Shown here: piece by piece, positions 61,501 through 64,000 of the stretch | How the letters are laid out: each line of letters opens with the position of its first letter | Numbering within the stretch: position 1 is the first letter of the stretch | Assembly (NCBI GenBank): GCA_045628045.1 | Contig: JAZQOV010000011.1 | Location: forward strand, 73,470-137,469 | From: Bacilli bacterium | GTDB taxonomy: Bacteria > Bacillota_I > Bacilli_A > RFN20 > CAG-826 | Direction: 5' to 3' | DNA: 64,000 nt | Notes under the pieces: generated by a model | The model's input: only the letters and a program-made list of their open reading frames with translations | What the model was told of the DNA's origin: nothing | Database searches by the model: none | Made by a program: the position numbers and the translations under genes

Positions 61501-62390
61501 AAGTAGTTGGCATCGGCGCGTGTGTTCTTGACACTTATATTGTTACAGATTCTTATCCTATTGAAGATTCTAAACAGAAAGCTTTACATTCTTTTAAAAT
61601 GGGCGGTGGTCCCACCAGCAATGCTTTGGTGACGATTGCTAAGCTTGGTGGTGAAGCCTCCTTTTTAGGCGCATTATCAAGTGATGATGATGGCAAAAAA
61701 CTCATCGAAGAATTTAAAAAATATAATGTTGGAACGCAAAATATTAAAATTTTAGATGAATTTTCTTCTTTTACTTCCTACATATTGGTCAACTCAAAAG
61801 ATGCCACAAGAACAGTTGTTTTTGATAAAGGAAATATTCCTGATGAAGCAGGTTTTGTAAATTTAGATGCAATTAGAGAAGCTGACGTACTGCATTTAGA
61901 TGGAAATAATCTTAATCAAGCTCTTGAGGCTAGCAAATATGCTAAAAAATGTGGCGTTCTTGTTTCTTTAGATGCTGGCAGTGTTTATCCTAATATTGAA
62001 TTATTGTTGCCATATGTTGATATATTAATTACATCAGCAGATTTTGCTGTCAAATTTACAAACACCGATGATTTAGAAGTTGCAATAGAAAAATTAAATG
62101 AAAGGTATCATCCATTAGTTTTAGCAGTTACCGATGGTAAAAATGGTGGTCTTTATTTTAAAGACGGAAAAATTGAAAAATATGAAGCTTATTTTGTTGA
62201 TGCCGTTGACACAAATGGGTCGGGTGATACATTTCATGGTGGATTTATATACGCTTTTTTGAAAACACGTGATATAACATATTCATTAAAGTTTGCTGCA
62301 GCACTTGTTGCGATTCGTTGCAAGACATTTGGTGTGAGAAACGCTTTGCCAACTTATGATGAAGTTATTAATTTTATTAAGGAGAATTAA
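61497..62390 (+). CDS. PfkB-family sugar kinase
   Basis: GGGPTSNA and DTNGSGDTFHGG. Confidence 0.9.
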   Translation: MKVVGIGACVLDTYIVTDSYPIEDSKQKALHSFKMGGGPTSNALVTIAKLGGEASFLGALSSDDDGKKLIEEFKKYNVGTQNIKILDEFSSFTSYILVNSKDATRTVVFDKGNIPDEAGFVNLDAIREADVLHLDGNNLNQALEASKYAKKCGVLVSLDAGSVYPNIELLLPYVDILITSADFAVKFTNTDDLEVAIEKLNERYHPLVLAVTDGKNGGLYFKDGKIEKYEAYFVDAVDTNGSGDTFHGGFIYAFLKTRDITYSLKFAAALVAIRCKTFGVRNALPTYDEVINFIKEN

Positions 62391-62393
62391 TTT

Positions 62394-63794
62394 ATGTTGA
62401 ATTATAAACTAAAAATTGGTTTATGCCCAATTAGGAGATGGATTAAAGAACCTCCAAAACGATATGGTATTTTTCAAAGTGATTATGCAGTTGACAACAA
62501 AAAAATGGCTGTAGATTACATAAAAGCACATTTCACTGATAACGATACTTCTTTTATAGATTTGGACTGGCTCAATGAAGAGGGCGTTTTATGTTTAGAA
62601 GATGATTGCCAAAAAGTTGCAGATTTCTTTAAAAAAGAAAAAATTGATGCATTAATGATTATTAATTGTAACTTTGGTATGGAAAACTGTGCAGGATTAG
62701 TTGCTAGAGAACTTGGAGTCCCTGTTCTCCTTTGGGGACCAAGAGATAGAAACTTTTCAAATGATATCAGATATACAGATACTCAATGTGGGCTATTTGC
62801 GATGTCAAAACAATTAAAAAGAAATAACATTCCTTTTTCTTATATTGAGAATTGCGATATTGAAAGTAATATTTTTACTAAAGGCTTTAACTCTTTTTTA
62901 TCTGTTGCTTGCATGGTTAGAAACTTTAAAAACCTTAAAATTTTACAAGTTGGCACAAGAATAAAACCATTTAAGTCTATTATGTATAATGAATTAGAAC
63001 TTTGCGAAAAATTTGGTACAGATATTAGAATTTTTAATTTAGCAGAGGCTCTTCAATCATTGCAAAAAATCTGGGATACAAGACAAAAGGATCTAGATAA
63101 ATATTTAGTCGAACTTAAAAAAACTTTTGATGTAGGCAGTCTTGACGATACTTACTTAAAGAAAATGCTTGCTATTGTTTATTATTATGAAGATCTTGCT
63201 AAGGAAAATGATTGTAACATTATTTCTAGTGAATGCTGGACAGGCATTAATTTAGGTTGGGGCGCAAATCCTTGTCTTGCTATGTGCTTACTAGCAGATA
63301 AAGACATTTATGTTACTTGTGAATGGGACATTCATATGACAATAACCAATGTATTACTATTATCCGCAACAAGAGGAAAAGGCAAACCTATTCAAGGGGA
63401 ATTTACTTGTCGCAACCCTAAAAATGATAATAGTGAATTATTGTGGCATTGCGGTCCGTTCCCACTTAAGTATAAAGATCCAAGCGTTAAACTGGTTTTG
63501 TATAATACAAAACCATCGTTTAAACTAATGGATGGAACTTACACAATTGCGAGATTTCAAGCTGATCATGGAAAGTATTATTTACTCAATGGATGTATTG
63601 AAACTTGTGATGGCCCGAAAACATTTGGAACTTATATGTGGGTAAAATTCAAAAATTTACCAAATGTTGAAAGAAAGATTATCGAAGGCCCTTATATTCA
63701 TCACATGTCTGAAATTCCTGGAGATTATACAAAAGAGCTAAAAGAATTTTGTAAATATGTTGATGTTATTCCTGATCCGATTGAGGAAAATTGA
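62394..63794 (+). CDS. L-fucose/L-arabinose isomerase-family protein
   Basis: NFGME, DTQCG, ECW, CEWD, WHCGPFP and GPYIHH. Confidence 0.8.
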   Translation: MLNYKLKIGLCPIRRWIKEPPKRYGIFQSDYAVDNKKMAVDYIKAHFTDNDTSFIDLDWLNEEGVLCLEDDCQKVADFFKKEKIDALMIINCNFGMENCAGLVARELGVPVLLWGPRDRNFSNDIRYTDTQCGLFAMSKQLKRNNIPFSYIENCDIESNIFTKGFNSFLSVACMVRNFKNLKILQVGTRIKPFKSIMYNELELCEKFGTDIRIFNLAEALQSLQKIWDTRQKDLDKYLVELKKTFDVGSLDDTYLKKMLAIVYYYEDLAKENDCNIISSECWTGINLGWGANPCLAMCLLADKDIYVTCEWDIHMTITNVLLLSATRGKGKPIQGEFTCRNPKNDNSELLWHCGPFPLKYKDPSVKLVLYNTKPSFKLMDGTYTIARFQADHGKYYLLNGCIETCDGPKTFGTYMWVKFKNLPNVERKIIEGPYIHHMSEIPGDYTKELKEFCKYVDVIPDPIEEN

Positions 63795-63912
63795 ACTACC
63801 CCCACTTAAACATTTAAAATGTTTTGAAGATGGGGGATTCCTACTCAAGAATCCTCAGGGATTCAGTATCGATAGGCTAACCCCGTAGTTCCTACGGTTT
63901 GGTGGACTACCA
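63771..63912 (-). ncRNA. Putative omegaRNA/reRNA scaffold plus flanking guide
   Basis: Hairpins ccgtag-gaa-ctacgg, gaatcc..ggattc and ccccc..ggggg downstream of tnpB; the guide would be the adjacent host sequence. Confidence 0.6.
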
Positions 63913-64000
63913 CTATTGTTTTTGAAGTACTAATCTAATTCCTTCTTTTTTGATATTGATTGCAGCATTAATGTCTCTATCATGCACTTTACCACAGATA
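63791..64000 (-). mobile_element. Right end of an IS200/IS605-family element (continues beyond the window)
   Basis: tnpB 3' end, then hairpins, ending ...gggggtagTTCAA on the - strand. Confidence 0.85.
63913..63999 (-). CDS. tnpB: TnpB C-terminus (partial)
   Basis: ICGKVHDRDINAAINIKKEG matches the zinc-ribbon/RuvC-III DRDxNAAxN motif. Confidence 0.88.
   Translation of the reverse strand: MCGKVHDRDINAAINIKKEGIRLVLQKQ

Noticed and set aside
57086-62390. Canonical myo-inositol (iol) operon
   Set aside because: Only IolB-, PfkB- and aldolase-like genes are present; iolD, iolE and iolG are absent from the window

Overview
AT-rich chromosomal window from a low-GC Firmicute (Bacilli-like). TGA is used as a stop, so the code is the standard one. 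From left to right it holds: two large Ig-domain surface proteins around smpB; two ECF-type membrane proteins; a ~1.4 kb region with no annotated ORF (9628-10990); a ~16 kb anaerobic purine/urate-type catabolic operon (mocA, two molybdenum hydroxylases, hyuA-, ssnA-, ygeY- and ygeW-like genes); housekeeping genes (sdaA, cysS, rlmB, sigH-like, mrp, rpmG, secE, nusG); two Tyr-rich lipoproteins; lgt; a carbohydrate-use region with partly duplicated surface proteins; an RpiR-linked catabolic operon for an unknown sugar; and the right end of an IS200/IS605 tnpB element. The best candidate for an undescribed system is the 1.4 kb region. It is three tandem ~465 bp units, each built like a type I toxin-antitoxin module. 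Each unit has a + strand ~65 nt sRNA and a convergent, highly structured - strand mRNA. That mRNA carries a 25-codon leader ORF overlapping a ~20-aa Ibs-like hydrophobic peptide whose only conserved candidate start is a non-canonical AUC. The pairing sequences are copy-specific and change together between copies. All alignments and pairings were read by eye; no database searches or folding programs were run.
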